Origin: a virus
Length of the DNA: 64,000 bases
Reading direction: 5' to 3' (one strand)
IMG/VR virus record: IMGVR_UViG_3300028195_000197
Location: 3,248-67,247 of that record
Of this stretch, positions 37,540 to 47,392 are shown piece after piece. Below the pieces are notes generated by a model. That model was not told where the DNA came from and searched no databases. It saw only the letters and a program-made list of their open reading frames with translations. The stretch's first letter is position 1. Every line of letters starts with the position of its first letter. Made by a program: the position numbers and the translations under genes.

Positions 37540-38342
37540 TGAAATATTCAAAAGGTAATGGTGGTGGGGGAAAATGGGTTAGCGGTAAGGCTCGTTTTGA
37601 AGAACGTAATGGAACATGGAAAGTTATCTTTGCTCCAAAGAAACAAGGTGATGAACCTAAGAGCTATAAATTTCCAGATTCCTTGCTTCCTGAATATCCA
37701 GAGAAGGTTGAGATTGGGACTAAATACTTTGTAGTTATTGTTCTTGAAGCTGGTGCTGATGGAGAAGCTACTAGCAAAGTAGAAAAAGTCTCTGATATTC
37801 GCCCACTTATGTGGGTAGATGAAAAGATGAAGATTGTAGATTGTACTCGTGAAGGCAATAAGCCAGAAGGTACACCTAAATTCTATTCAAAGAAATCTAC
37901 TTACAAAGAAGACGAAGAAGTTCACATGGTAAACTGGATGTTTGAATTCCAGGAAGGTGATTACAAAGGTGTACGAGTTCCTTATAATGTACATTATCGC
38001 TTTACGGCAGATGAGAACGGAGAAGCTGTCTACGATTTCTCGGAATATGTCTACAATCTTCCCCAAGCAACTCGTGTCCATCAAATAGTAAATTTCTACG
38101 ATAAGATGTTGGGAGTGTTGGACACTCCGATTGTATGGGAAGAAGATGGAAACATCATTCCTACTCTCTATGGTCGCATTTTGGCAGCGGATAAAACTTT
38201 CCTAGTCACAGGTGTAAATGGTTGGATTGACGATTTGGAAGTAATTGATGTTCCTGAACCTGCTCCTGAGCCTGATGTAGAGAAAGAAGACCACACTGTA
38301 ACTGACATTCATCCAGAAGACGAATTACCAGAAGAATGGTAA
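37539..38342 (+). CDS. Putative single-stranded DNA-binding protein
   Basis: Beta-rich, acidic tail ending EDELPEEW; precedes primase; followed by terminator. Confidence 0.55.
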   Translation: MKYSKGNGGGGKWVSGKARFEERNGTWKVIFAPKKQGDEPKSYKFPDSLLPEYPEKVEIGTKYFVVIVLEAGADGEATSKVEKVSDIRPLMWVDEKMKIVDCTREGNKPEGTPKFYSKKSTYKEDEEVHMVNWMFEFQEGDYKGVRVPYNVHYRFTADENGEAVYDFSEYVYNLPQATRVHQIVNFYDKMLGVLDTPIVWEEDGNIIPTLYGRILAADKTFLVTGVNGWIDDLEVIDVPEPAPEPDVEKEDHTVTDIHPEDELPEEW

Positions 38343-38363
38343 ATCGTTGTAAGTAAACTTTAC

Positions 38364-38390
38364 AAAAGAGGATGCTAACCCATCCTCTTT
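38364..38390 (+). terminator. Rho-independent terminator
   Basis: AAAAGAGGATG-CTAACC-CATCCTCTTTT. Confidence 0.8.
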
Positions 38391-38402
38391 ATTTTACATA
38401 AA

Positions 38403-39281
38403 ATGGCTAAAGAAAACCCAACACTACAAAGAGAGTTATTTGATTTGTTAGATGGAGCATATTGGCTCGATAATTCCCGCTACTTTGCTTGCTACTGCCC
38501 GATAGAATCTCATGCTAAACAAGCTCTTATGGTTTATGTAGATGGTTGTTGGTGCGCTTCTTGTAATCGCTCATATTCCCTTGAGTACATAAAGAGTAAA
38601 TCTTCTTCCCTGCCAACATCATATCGTCCCACGATAGTAGAATACAGAACACTTCCTAGATGGAGACAGTGGGAAAAGAGATATGGAGATTTGCAGGGGA
38701 TCGCTGATGCAGCACATAAAAATCTTCTAAAGATTAAAGCCACTTATTTCAAAAATCGTGGATTAGAAGGGTATATAAAGAAAGCCCATTACGGTCTTAT
38801 GGATGGATTTGCTGTTATTCCTGTATTTGATAAAGAACATAATGTGATTGACATAGTGTGTAGGTCTATCAAACAGCAAAATGTGAAATATGCGGTAGCT
38901 AGTATTTCAGAGAATGAAATTCGTCCACTGTATTGTTTAGATTGGGACTTAGTGATGAGAAGTCAGAAAGTCTATGTAGTCTTTGGGATTTTCGATCTCA
39001 CAGCTTTTGACATTCTAGGATTGCCTTGTTTAACTGGGATCACTGGTAAGTCCATAAATCCTTCCCTGTTCGATGAATTTCCAGGAAAAGAGTTTGTAAT
39101 TGTCCCCGATAGAAACGAAGAAAAAGATGCTTACAAGTTGGCTTCAAATTTGGGATGGCGAGGTTCAGTATTGAGAGTGAACTATCCTTTCAAGATAAAA
39201 GATATGGATGAGTTGAGACGGAGTACATCTCCTAATGAATGGAAGCGTCTTTATGAAGGCGAATGGAGTAAAGATGAGTGA
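38403..39281 (+). CDS. DnaG-like primase (Zn finger plus atypical TOPRIM)
   Basis: CP..H...C..C; RG, IPV, KY; VFGIFD; PD; KD.DE. Confidence 0.75.
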   Translation: MAKENPTLQRELFDLLDGAYWLDNSRYFACYCPIESHAKQALMVYVDGCWCASCNRSYSLEYIKSKSSSLPTSYRPTIVEYRTLPRWRQWEKRYGDLQGIADAAHKNLLKIKATYFKNRGLEGYIKKAHYGLMDGFAVIPVFDKEHNVIDIVCRSIKQQNVKYAVASISENEIRPLYCLDWDLVMRSQKVYVVFGIFDLTAFDILGLPCLTGITGKSINPSLFDEFPGKEFVIVPDRNEEKDAYKLASNLGWRGSVLRVNYPFKIKDMDELRRSTSPNEWKRLYEGEWSKDE

Positions 39282-39501
39282 TACTATTGAAACTATGAGC
39301 TATGAACAACTTAGACATTATCTAATAACGGAAGGATGTGAACCTAGTCTATATAAACGTGGGCATTTATATAGAGCGCATGTAAATAGGGGGGGTAATT
39401 TTTGGGAAGACGCAGAAACCCCCATAAAAGCCTTGCGGAAAGCATCTATGTTGTGGGTAAATAGTGGTAGATGGGAAAGAGCGACAAAGGATACATTATG
39501 A
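39274..39501 (+). CDS. Hypothetical protein
   Basis: GGAG before ATG 39274; fills primase-helicase gap. Confidence 0.5.
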   Translation: MSDTIETMSYEQLRHYLITEGCEPSLYKRGHLYRAHVNRGGNFWEDAETPIKALRKASMLWVNSGRWERATKDTL

Positions 39502-40736
39502 ACTGGTACGATCAAAGCCAAATAGTTTTCGGACTTATAGCCTTAAAGAAAATCAAGCATCACTCAGTTCTTCCAAAGAATCTCTATCCTCCATTTGATA
39601 CGCCAGTGGCGTACATGCACGAAAATCCTGAATGGGAAGTTGAAGACCTCCACCTCAAGTTCCAATCTAACGAGTGGGAAATTGCTATGAACGCCGCTCG
39701 TAGTCTAAATGGTACAGCAACCAGTGTAAACTGGGCGAGAGACCTGGAAAAGATGCGTATTATGTGGGAAACAGGGGCTAAACTCACTAAAACAGGAGAT
39801 AAACTACAGAAAGGGGAAGATGTAGAAGTTCTTTCTATTGTTAGTGACTTGAAGATGATGTCCGTGACCGAGGAAATAGGTCTGCATGTGGCATCAGAAG
39901 TAGATTTGACAGATGTTGTAGCATTGCAGAAATGTGGATGGAAAGAAATAGATGAAACATTTGGTGGAATACCTGCCAGTGGCCCTCTTGTAGTTTATGC
40001 TACCACTAAAACTGGTAAATCTTTTTGGATTTCAAAACTTATTAATGAGTTCCTGCATTATTATCCTGAAAAACGTGCTACAGTGTTTTCGTTAGAAATG
40101 GCATATAAGCGGTATCTAAAGCGTTCATTTGATATGTACCCATCACTTAAAGAAGTTTCAGATCGTTTACTTGTGACCAGTAGAGCATCTAATATGAAAG
40201 AAGTTATAGCGATTACCTCCACAGAACCCACAGACCTGGTGGTTATTGATGGCATTGCTGATGCTGTAATGGGAGAAAAGTCTGCATCAAAGATGGATGA
40301 AGCCTGGAGTGATGTAAAGAGAATGGGTAGAATGTTAGAAATTCCAGTAGTAGCAGTAGCACAGCCTAATAGAGCATCTAAATTCAATTCTCAAGAGCAA
40401 TTTATAGGCCGTTACGATATTGAATGGTCGGGAGCGGCAGAAAACGCAGCAGAAATGATGATAGCACTTCAATATCTAGGCACTAATGCTAGGATTGAAA
40501 ATAAAATCTTTCCTGTAGTTGAAGATTCTTATTACATGATAAATTATTTCTCCCGTGACAGTGAGAATATTGGAGCAGTTATTTTAGATAAGCATGTATC
40601 TTCACCAGAAGGGAGACGATTATGGGAAAGTTCTGCTCATGGCATAACAAAAAATGGTGAGATTGTTCCTCAACTCTATAAAGAAGGATTGTACAAAGCA
40701 GAGGGAAGTAATTCTAGTAGTAGGGCAAAACGATGA
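39498..40736 (+). CDS. DnaB-like (SF4) replicative helicase
   Basis: ATTKTGKS, FSLEM, VVIDG, AQPNR, SG..E..A; start MNWYDQ after AAGGA. Confidence 0.85.
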   Translation: MNWYDQSQIVFGLIALKKIKHHSVLPKNLYPPFDTPVAYMHENPEWEVEDLHLKFQSNEWEIAMNAARSLNGTATSVNWARDLEKMRIMWETGAKLTKTGDKLQKGEDVEVLSIVSDLKMMSVTEEIGLHVASEVDLTDVVALQKCGWKEIDETFGGIPASGPLVVYATTKTGKSFWISKLINEFLHYYPEKRATVFSLEMAYKRYLKRSFDMYPSLKEVSDRLLVTSRASNMKEVIAITSTEPTDLVVIDGIADAVMGEKSASKMDEAWSDVKRMGRMLEIPVVAVAQPNRASKFNSQEQFIGRYDIEWSGAAENAAEMMIALQYLGTNARIENKIFPVVEDSYYMINYFSRDSENIGAVILDKHVSSPEGRRLWESSAHGITKNGEIVPQLYKEGLYKAEGSNSSSRAKR

Positions 40737-40987
40737 AAAATCTGCAAAGGTTCATGTTCTCTGGCGAACGGGCAAATGGAAATGGAATTATTTCTGGTTT
40801 CTTTCTTATCTGGAACGATGTTCCTGTAATATTGGAATATAGAAACGGGGCTGTTATAGGACATGAGGTAATAGTAGGAACATTGGCAAGATTAAATGAA
40901 GATGTCTGGGAAGGGAGAAGTGTTTGTACATGTGAATACCCAGACACCATGTTTAGTGTCTGTCATTGTGGTAAAGTGTTACTCTAA
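40733..40987 (+). CDS. Hypothetical protein
   Basis: ATGA coupling. Confidence 0.5.
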   Translation: MKNLQRFMFSGERANGNGIISGFFLIWNDVPVILEYRNGAVIGHEVIVGTLARLNEDVWEGRSVCTCEYPDTMFSVCHCGKVLL

Positions 40988-41026
40988 CCTGAAATTAATC
41001 TTCATTTACATTATGTAAAGTATAAT
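40984..41026 (+). promoter_or_regulatory. TAAT-box promoter with TTACATTATGTAA operator in spacer
   Basis: CTAAC-N6-TTAATCT-N19-TATAAT. Confidence 0.75.
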
Positions 41027-41049
41027 GTTGGAGAGTAAAGGACAGAACG

Positions 41050-41262
41050 ATGTTAGTTAGAGAATTCTTATCGCGAGGATATACCCAATGGGTAGAAGTT
41101 CATTATTCCATTGCTGGAACTACTGAGCAAGCTAAACTTTGGTTTGCTGATAAAGGTCTCTCTGGTGAATTCTTCCCCATGTATTTCAATGAACCTGATG
41201 AAGATAAACCAAGAGAAGGAAGATTTGGGTTTTGGTTGCCAATAACGAAGGAGAAAAGATGA
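41050..41262 (+). CDS. Hypothetical protein
   Basis: AAGGA RBS. Confidence 0.55.
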   Translation: MLVREFLSRGYTQWVEVHYSIAGTTEQAKLWFADKGLSGEFFPMYFNEPDEDKPREGRFGFWLPITKEKR

Positions 41263-41684
41263 GAGAGCTAAAGTTTCGAGCTTGGTATCATAAAGGAACT
41301 TATTGCAAAGAGCCTAAGATGTACTGGTTTGATTTGATGTGGGGGAATACTTCGCAGCAAGGGTCTGGATGGATTGGAATGTTGCCCATTGGAGAAACAA
41401 GAAAATACAGAATGATGGGGGATAACAGAAAGCAGATTGACCCTGATGATTGTGAGATTATGCAGTTCACTGATTATCAAGACATGAATGGCGTTGGTAT
41501 TTGCGAAGGGGATTTGGTTCAAGATGAACAATATATCAAAGAGATCGTTTTCCATAAAGGTGTATTTACAGTAAAGAATACAGATTCAAGGTTTGCTTTA
41601 CCTGCATCTGGCGACTATCTCAGAGTATATGGACATAGCCTTGAAGTTGTCGGAAATATCTACGAGAATCCTGAATTATTATGA
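41259..41684 (+). CDS. YopX-family protein
   Basis: MRELKFRAW, MQFT..D.NG..I.EGD, EVVGNIYENPELL. Confidence 0.9.
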   Translation: MRELKFRAWYHKGTYCKEPKMYWFDLMWGNTSQQGSGWIGMLPIGETRKYRMMGDNRKQIDPDDCEIMQFTDYQDMNGVGICEGDLVQDEQYIKEIVFHKGVFTVKNTDSRFALPASGDYLRVYGHSLEVVGNIYENPELL

Positions 41685-43414
41685 AATCAATTAGAGACCT
41701 GCCCATAAAAATCATACATGAAATCCCTCCTGTACTCAGTAGCAAAGAAAAATGTGCAATTGATACAGAATGGTTTTTGATGGATAAGGATAGACTTCAT
41801 CGTCCTGTACTCACTGATGGCTCACCAAATGGATTTTTAGCGTGTGTGACTTTCTGCTTCAATGGTGAGGATGTGTATTTCGTAACCAATCCTGATGATG
41901 TTCAGGAAGCAATGGACAATGTATCAGAGGCTACACAAATTTACGCAAATTGCAAATTTGATCTTGTTCATCTTCGTAGACATGCTCATATTCCAGTTAG
42001 AATAAATAAACTTTGGGATGTAATCACACTAGACCGCATCATGTGGTCTGGTCTCTATTCCAGCTTTACTTTAGCTGACATTACTAGACGCAGATTACAC
42101 ATGCACCTTCCTAAAGAAGACAGGAAGGATTTTGCTAAAGCGGATAAACTTACTCCTGAATTGGAGCAGTATAGTGCCTACGATCCTGTGGCAACGTGGC
42201 ACGTTTATCAACATCAAATCCGTGACGTTCTAAAGAATGACCCTAATGCTCTAAAACTATGGGCAGAAGTAGACCTTCCTGCTCTAAATACCGTTATGTC
42301 CATGAAAGGTTTCAAAGCCAATAAAAATTTGTGGTATGAAATTGCAGATGAGAACATGGAAAAGAAAACTTCTCTGCAATCTAAATATGATATAAATCTA
42401 CGGTCAGCAAAACAAGTAGGGGAATTATTAGCTTCTCAGGGCATTGAACTTCCTAAAACCGCCAAGGGAAACTACTCTACAGCAATAAAGACATTAGAAG
42501 GTATGGAAGACCCTAATGAAACTATTTTAGACCTGATTGAACTATCATCTCTGAAATCTAAGACAACTACTTATGGTAGAGGATTTATGGAGAATTCTGT
42601 AGAGCCAGATAACAGGATTTACGCAGACTTCAATCCTCTTCGAGCTGCAACTGGTCGCTTCGGATGCTCAAAACCTAATCTACAAAACGTACCTAATAAA
42701 TACACTGACCCTAGATATAGAGAGTGCTTTATAGCAGGAGAAGGAAACGTGTTAGTAGTAGGAGATTGGTCATCTCAAGAACCTAGAGGTGGTGCATATC
42801 TAGCACAAGATCAGACTATGATAGATATTTTCAATGACGATAAAGATATTTACATTGAATCTGCTCGTCTTATGTTTGGATGGGAATTGACTAAAGATGA
42901 CCCTAGAAGAAGTCACCCCATCAAGCCAGTTGTTTTGGGCGCATTTTATGGTCTGACGAAACATGGTCTATTCAATAACAACCAGATACCTAAAGATGAA
43001 GGTGAGAAACTTCTCAATAAGTTCTTTGAAGTGTTTCATGGAGTAGCTGATTGGATTGATGAAATGAGAGATGGTAGAGAGTATGTTGAAACTATCATGG
43101 GCAGAAAGTATTGGCTAAATCCTTATGACTACAAGAGCAGGAACAATGCTTGCAATTCTCCTGTACAAGGGTCTGCCAGTGACGCTATGAAGATGGCTGG
43201 ATGGGAGTTTGTGAAGCAATGGGGTGACTTAGAACACTCTCCTATCGTAAACTTTGTCCACGATGAAATGATAATTGAAGTTGCAGAAGAAGATAAAGAT
43301 AGAGCCATGACGTTACTAGACGAATGTATGGTGTCTGTAGCTGAAAAGATGCACCCAGGTGTCAAAGCTCGTGCAGATATAGGGTTCGGGCAAAATTGGA
43401 GTGCAAAAGCGTAA
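41681..43414 (+). CDS. polA: Family A DNA polymerase with 3'-5' exonuclease
   Basis: IDTE, FD, YD; TGR....PNLQN, DWSSQEPR, K...LG..YG, NSPVQGSASD, VHDE. Confidence 0.93.
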   Translation: MKSIRDLPIKIIHEIPPVLSSKEKCAIDTEWFLMDKDRLHRPVLTDGSPNGFLACVTFCFNGEDVYFVTNPDDVQEAMDNVSEATQIYANCKFDLVHLRRHAHIPVRINKLWDVITLDRIMWSGLYSSFTLADITRRRLHMHLPKEDRKDFAKADKLTPELEQYSAYDPVATWHVYQHQIRDVLKNDPNALKLWAEVDLPALNTVMSMKGFKANKNLWYEIADENMEKKTSLQSKYDINLRSAKQVGELLASQGIELPKTAKGNYSTAIKTLEGMEDPNETILDLIELSSLKSKTTTYGRGFMENSVEPDNRIYADFNPLRAATGRFGCSKPNLQNVPNKYTDPRYRECFIAGEGNVLVVGDWSSQEPRGGAYLAQDQTMIDIFNDDKDIYIESARLMFGWELTKDDPRRSHPIKPVVLGAFYGLTKHGLFNNNQIPKDEGEKLLNKFFEVFHGVADWIDEMRDGREYVETIMGRKYWLNPYDYKSRNNACNSPVQGSASDAMKMAGWEFVKQWGDLEHSPIVNFVHDEMIIEVAEEDKDRAMTLLDECMVSVAEKMHPGVKARADIGFGQNWSAKA

Positions 43415-43416
43415 CT

Positions 43417-43459
43417 CTCATACAGAATTAACAATTACATTGTGTAATTATGGTAAGAT
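43417..43459 (+). promoter_or_regulatory. TAAT-box promoter with TTACATTGTGTAA operator
   Basis: CTCAT-N6-TTAACAA-N19-TAAGAT. Confidence 0.7.
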
Positions 43460-43477
43460 TTACGAAAGGAAAAATAA

Positions 43478-43981
43478 ATGAATTGCCCACACTGTAACAA
43501 AACTCTCGTTCTCCCTTCTGGTTATAGAGAATCTAAGATCCTCATTATAAGAGATGAACCTTATAAGACAGAGTATTCAGACTATAAACGTCCAAGATTT
43601 AAGCCTCACTCTACTCCTAAATCCATCCTGCAAGATGAAATGTTCAGATTAGGAGTAGATTTCAGTCAAGTAAGAATAGCTAATCTGTGGCAGCATGTTC
43701 CTAATAAGAAAGAAGAGTGTTTCCAGGAAATGAAGAAATCTCTCTTTGCTGAAACTAGAGGAAAGAAAGCTATTCTTTTAGCTGGAGCAGATGTAGTGAA
43801 ATTCTTTACGGGGTATAATGTATCCGAGATTAGCGGATTACAAGTAGAAAGTAATAAACTTTCTGCACCTATTGTCTTTGCTAGTGTAGACCCTACCACT
43901 GCCATGAGTAGAGGAATGGGAGAGATCAGATTTTCAATAGAGAACTTTGTGAAGAAATTGATTGAAGAGGATGTTTTATGA
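43478..43981 (+). CDS. Uracil-DNA-glycosylase family 4-like domain (degenerate motifs)
   Basis: CxxC..LV.P.G...KILI..EP...E, V.IAN, ILL.G. Confidence 0.6.
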   Translation: MNCPHCNKTLVLPSGYRESKILIIRDEPYKTEYSDYKRPRFKPHSTPKSILQDEMFRLGVDFSQVRIANLWQHVPNKKEECFQEMKKSLFAETRGKKAILLAGADVVKFFTGYNVSEISGLQVESNKLSAPIVFASVDPTTAMSRGMGEIRFSIENFVKKLIEEDVL

Positions 43982-44676
43982 CAGAAATGATGACCGCTAG
44001 AGTACTTATTGATGGAAAGACCATTACACGAAAAGATTTTGAGTCTGCTGCTGATGATGTCATTCGAGAATTGAAGGAAACTGGAAATGTGGAAGGGGTA
44101 AATAATGCGTTAGTGACTTTGAACGGGCTAGGTCAATTTTCTGTTTTCCTTTCGTGCAAGGTTTTATATGGGTACAGTTCTTGGTGGAAAGACACAAACC
44201 AAGATGAGATAAGGGGAGATAACTTCTTTGACTATATAACGTCTTTGCAATTACATGGATTAGCAAATCCTCTCACAATCGAAAGGTACATAAATTTGTG
44301 GGAACATTATGAACGTGGCACGTTACTAGAGGAAATAAAAAATAGACCCCTTTCTGAACAAATTGCTATCGTAGCAGTAGTAGAAGATGATAGATACCAT
44401 ATCAATGATGATGATTGGGAAGAATTAGTAGATGCTGCCAATGGCACAGAAATTCGTAGGATTTTACGGAAGATAAAAGGTAAAGAGCCTACAAAAGGTT
44501 CTTATGTCCTTCACTTAGGTAGAGATGGAGAATTGTACGTTTGGCATCAAGGACAGAGAGTTTATTGGGGACAGGTGAAACTTCCTAATGGAACTACTGA
44601 CCCTATTGAAAAAAGAGTGATAGAGAAGATGTGTAATCGTTTGAAGAATGGTAGTATGAGTCCTATAGTGGACTAA
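43978..44676 (+). CDS. Hypothetical protein
   Basis: Long coupled ORF. Confidence 0.65.
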   Translation: MTEMMTARVLIDGKTITRKDFESAADDVIRELKETGNVEGVNNALVTLNGLGQFSVFLSCKVLYGYSSWWKDTNQDEIRGDNFFDYITSLQLHGLANPLTIERYINLWEHYERGTLLEEIKNRPLSEQIAIVAVVEDDRYHINDDDWEELVDAANGTEIRRILRKIKGKEPTKGSYVLHLGRDGELYVWHQGQRVYWGQVKLPNGTTDPIEKRVIEKMCNRLKNGSMSPIVD

Positions 44677-44688
44677 AAGGAGAATAAA

Positions 44689-45021
44689 ATGTTTGAAGAA
44701 TATAGAAAAGCCTATGATGAGATGGAAGCAGAGATTATAAATCTGAGAGCTAATATTTTTAATTTGCAGTGCCTTCTGAGAGATGCAGAAGGAAAATATC
44801 GTCCTCGTATGGATGAAGCAGAGAAAACAATTAAAGATGCTGTGTTGAAACAAGAAAATAATGTTACTTTACATGATGTATATGCAAAATTCACTAAAGG
44901 TAGAGTAACTACATCTTGGAAGAAAGTTGCAGTTGCTTGTGAAGCTCCACAAGAAATTATTGATGCTAACACAAAGCAGGGGAAGCCTTCTGTTTCTGTA
45001 AGTGTATTAGAGGAGAATTAA
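44689..45021 (+). CDS. Coiled-coil protein (Gam/gp157-like, weak)
   Basis: N-terminal coil, PSVSV end, next to recombinase. Confidence 0.45.
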   Translation: MFEEYRKAYDEMEAEIINLRANIFNLQCLLRDAEGKYRPRMDEAEKTIKDAVLKQENNVTLHDVYAKFTKGRVTTSWKKVAVACEAPQEIIDANTKQGKPSVSVSVLEEN

Positions 45022-45022
45022 T

Positions 45023-46093
45023 ATGGTAAAGTTCGTAGGATCGCATACTAATTTTGAATGGGCAGAAACTGGTTATTACTCATTAGACTTGGCTTTACGC
45101 AGAAACTATTTGGAATTGGGTTTTCCTAGTCGTACCCTTACAGAAGTGTACGGGCCAACTTCTATTGGCAAGTCTACTTTCATAAATAGTGTAGCGGGAA
45201 CTTTAGGGAAGCTGAAAACTCTAAATATAGCTTGTTTAGACTTAGAACCACAAGCGGAGGAGACTATTGCAGCTATTTGCGAAACTGTGGGATTTGATGG
45301 AGAGTGGAAGTGGGTTGAACCATCTAAAGTAGATAAACATGGTGCATTTACTGATGAACACCTTCTCAAAGAGCTTCTAAAGAATGTAAAGGATAATTAC
45401 ATCACCATTTTAGATAGCGTAGCATCGGTAGCCCCTGTGTCAGAAGTAGAAGGAGATATTGGAGACGCAAATATGGGAAGACGGGCATTTCCAATGGCTC
45501 AATTCTCTCGTGGAATGAATAGAGCATTGAAATATTCTGATGAAGGAACATTCTCTTTTATGGCTAATCATAAATATGAGAAGATGGCTACTCGTTCAAT
45601 GTTCGCTGTTTATACTGCCCCTGGTGGAGTAGTGAAAGAAAATATGTGTCATATCCGTATTGAAGCAAAGAATCCTTGGATAAAATTAGGCACTTCAAAT
45701 AAGTTAGCTCATTTCGGAGAAGGTTGGTTATTTGAAGGTAAGGTTCTAAAAAATCGTGGAGGTATCAGCAAGACAGATTTTTGGGTATTTATGATTGGGG
45801 GTCAGGGAATTCATAAAGGGCTAACAGCTTTATTTGATTGTGTAAAACTAAAACTTGTAAAGGTTGGAGGTTCAACCATCAAAAACATGTCTGTTGCTTT
45901 GAAAAACGGAACTGGAGAAATCGTGAATGTATATGATGCAGTAAAAGAAAGAGACAGTTTTGATTTTGCTCCCTTCTTCACCGCATTGAAAAGCCATCAA
46001 TTATCCGCAGAGGATGACGCTAAAGCTATTGAAAATGCAAAAAAAGAAGATGATGTTGTCTTTGTAGATGTATCTGGAGTAAAAGATGAATGA
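45023..46093 (+). CDS. RecA/UvsX-like recombinase
   Basis: TG..SLD.AL, EVYGPTSIGKST, DSVA, G.RA, PGG, KNR. Confidence 0.88.
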   Translation: MVKFVGSHTNFEWAETGYYSLDLALRRNYLELGFPSRTLTEVYGPTSIGKSTFINSVAGTLGKLKTLNIACLDLEPQAEETIAAICETVGFDGEWKWVEPSKVDKHGAFTDEHLLKELLKNVKDNYITILDSVASVAPVSEVEGDIGDANMGRRAFPMAQFSRGMNRALKYSDEGTFSFMANHKYEKMATRSMFAVYTAPGGVVKENMCHIRIEAKNPWIKLGTSNKLAHFGEGWLFEGKVLKNRGGISKTDFWVFMIGGQGIHKGLTALFDCVKLKLVKVGGSTIKNMSVALKNGTGEIVNVYDAVKERDSFDFAPFFTALKSHQLSAEDDAKAIENAKKEDDVVFVDVSGVKDE

Positions 46094-46259
46094 TATTATG
46101 ATGTGGTATGTTCAACAAAGCATGGAAGAGTATCTGGAGTGTTTTGAAGAACCTACAAAATCAAATATGTTAGAGCATCACAAGAAAACAAATTACGAAG
46201 ATGTAAGTAAAGATGTCCTTCTTCGTGCATTAGAACTAGCTGTAGTAGATGTAGGCTAA
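46086..46259 (+). CDS. Small hypothetical protein (57 aa)
   Basis: Manual translation; GGAG RBS. Confidence 0.45.
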   Translation: MNDIMMWYVQQSMEEYLECFEEPTKSNMLEHHKKTNYEDVSKDVLLRALELAVVDVG

Positions 46260-46353
46260 ATTGGACAAAATTAGTCCAATTCAACGTTTAGCCAAATACC
46301 CGTAGAAAATTTTTCCAGATTTTGCTCTTTTCGCAATATTTCATTGAGACAAA

Positions 46354-46531
46354 AATGCTTTACACATATAAATGTACATCATGTAAACATCAATTCACTT
46401 ATAATAAAAAAATAAGTGATGAAACCAAACCTCTCTGTCCAGTATGTGATTTGAAGACAGAGAGAGTTTTTACTTCCGTTCCTGTAATATATAAAGCAAA
46501 TGGATTTTATTCTAAGGATAACCAAAAATGA
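46354..46531 (+). CDS. FmdB-family zinc ribbon protein
   Basis: Y.YKC..C.H.F...CP.C...R......YK..GFY..D. Confidence 0.8.
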
Positions 46532-47079
46532 TAAAAGATTTAGTGTGTGCAGATGCCTGGGAGTGGATGAGGGAACAGCCTGATAATGCAGTTGACCATA
46601 TAATTACAGATTTTGAATATGGTCAGCCTTTTTATCTTGATGAATGTATTCGCATTTGTAAGGGGAACATCATTACTTTCTGTGCATCAGAAGACCATCC
46701 ATTTGACCCTACAGAAAGAGCTTACTGGATAAAAACCCCTAGCACAAAGAACTATTCCAAAAAATTAGGCAGATTTGTAGAAAAGATATTTATTTACCGT
46801 CAAGGAGAAATCTACAACCTTTTACATTGGTCTCAGATGACTGGAGTATACGAAGATAGAGTAGTAGAACGTAAGGGGCATCCTTGGAGAAAGCCTTTGT
46901 CTCTGATTGAGCGTTTAGTGAGGATATATACTAATAAAGGAGACACTGTTCTTGACCCTTTTGTAGGGACTGGTACTTTACTAGAATCTTGTCAAAATTT
47001 AGATAGAGATAGTATAGGGGTGGATAATGATATGCAATGGATAACTTATTGTAAAGAATCTTACGGTCACTGGATGTAG
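46528..47079 (+). CDS. N6-A/N4-C DNA methyltransferase, beta class, atypical catalytic motif
   Basis: IITDFEY, HPW.KP, VLDPFVGTGT. Confidence 0.75.
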   Translation: MIKDLVCADAWEWMREQPDNAVDHIITDFEYGQPFYLDECIRICKGNIITFCASEDHPFDPTERAYWIKTPSTKNYSKKLGRFVEKIFIYRQGEIYNLLHWSQMTGVYEDRVVERKGHPWRKPLSLIERLVRIYTNKGDTVLDPFVGTGTLLESCQNLDRDSIGVDNDMQWITYCKESYGHWM

Positions 47080-47080
47080 A

Positions 47081-47392
47081 ATGAAATTACCTTCTCAAGT
47101 CACGCTAAAAAAGTATGGACTATCAGAAGATGATTATATTGAATTATATAATAAGCATGATGGGGCGTGTCATGTTTGTTTAGTCAAACCGAAAAATAGT
47201 ACACGGGCATTAGCCATTGAACATGAGCATGTACCTGGTTTCAAGAAAATGTTACCAGAAGAGAAACGAAAATATTGTAGAGGTATCGCTTGTTTTATCT
47301 GTAATTACCGTCTACTTACTAGGGGGGTCACACTAGAGCGGTTGAGAAACGCTGTAAGATATTTGGAAGAATACGAAAGCATCGTCAAATAG
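47081..47392 (+). CDS. Endonuclease VII-like resolvase
   Basis: KYGL..Y, C.VC, LAIEH.H, RG..C..CN, YL. Confidence 0.85.
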   Translation: MKLPSQVTLKKYGLSEDDYIELYNKHDGACHVCLVKPKNSTRALAIEHEHVPGFKKMLPEEKRKYCRGIACFICNYRLLTRGVTLERLRNAVRYLEEYESIVK

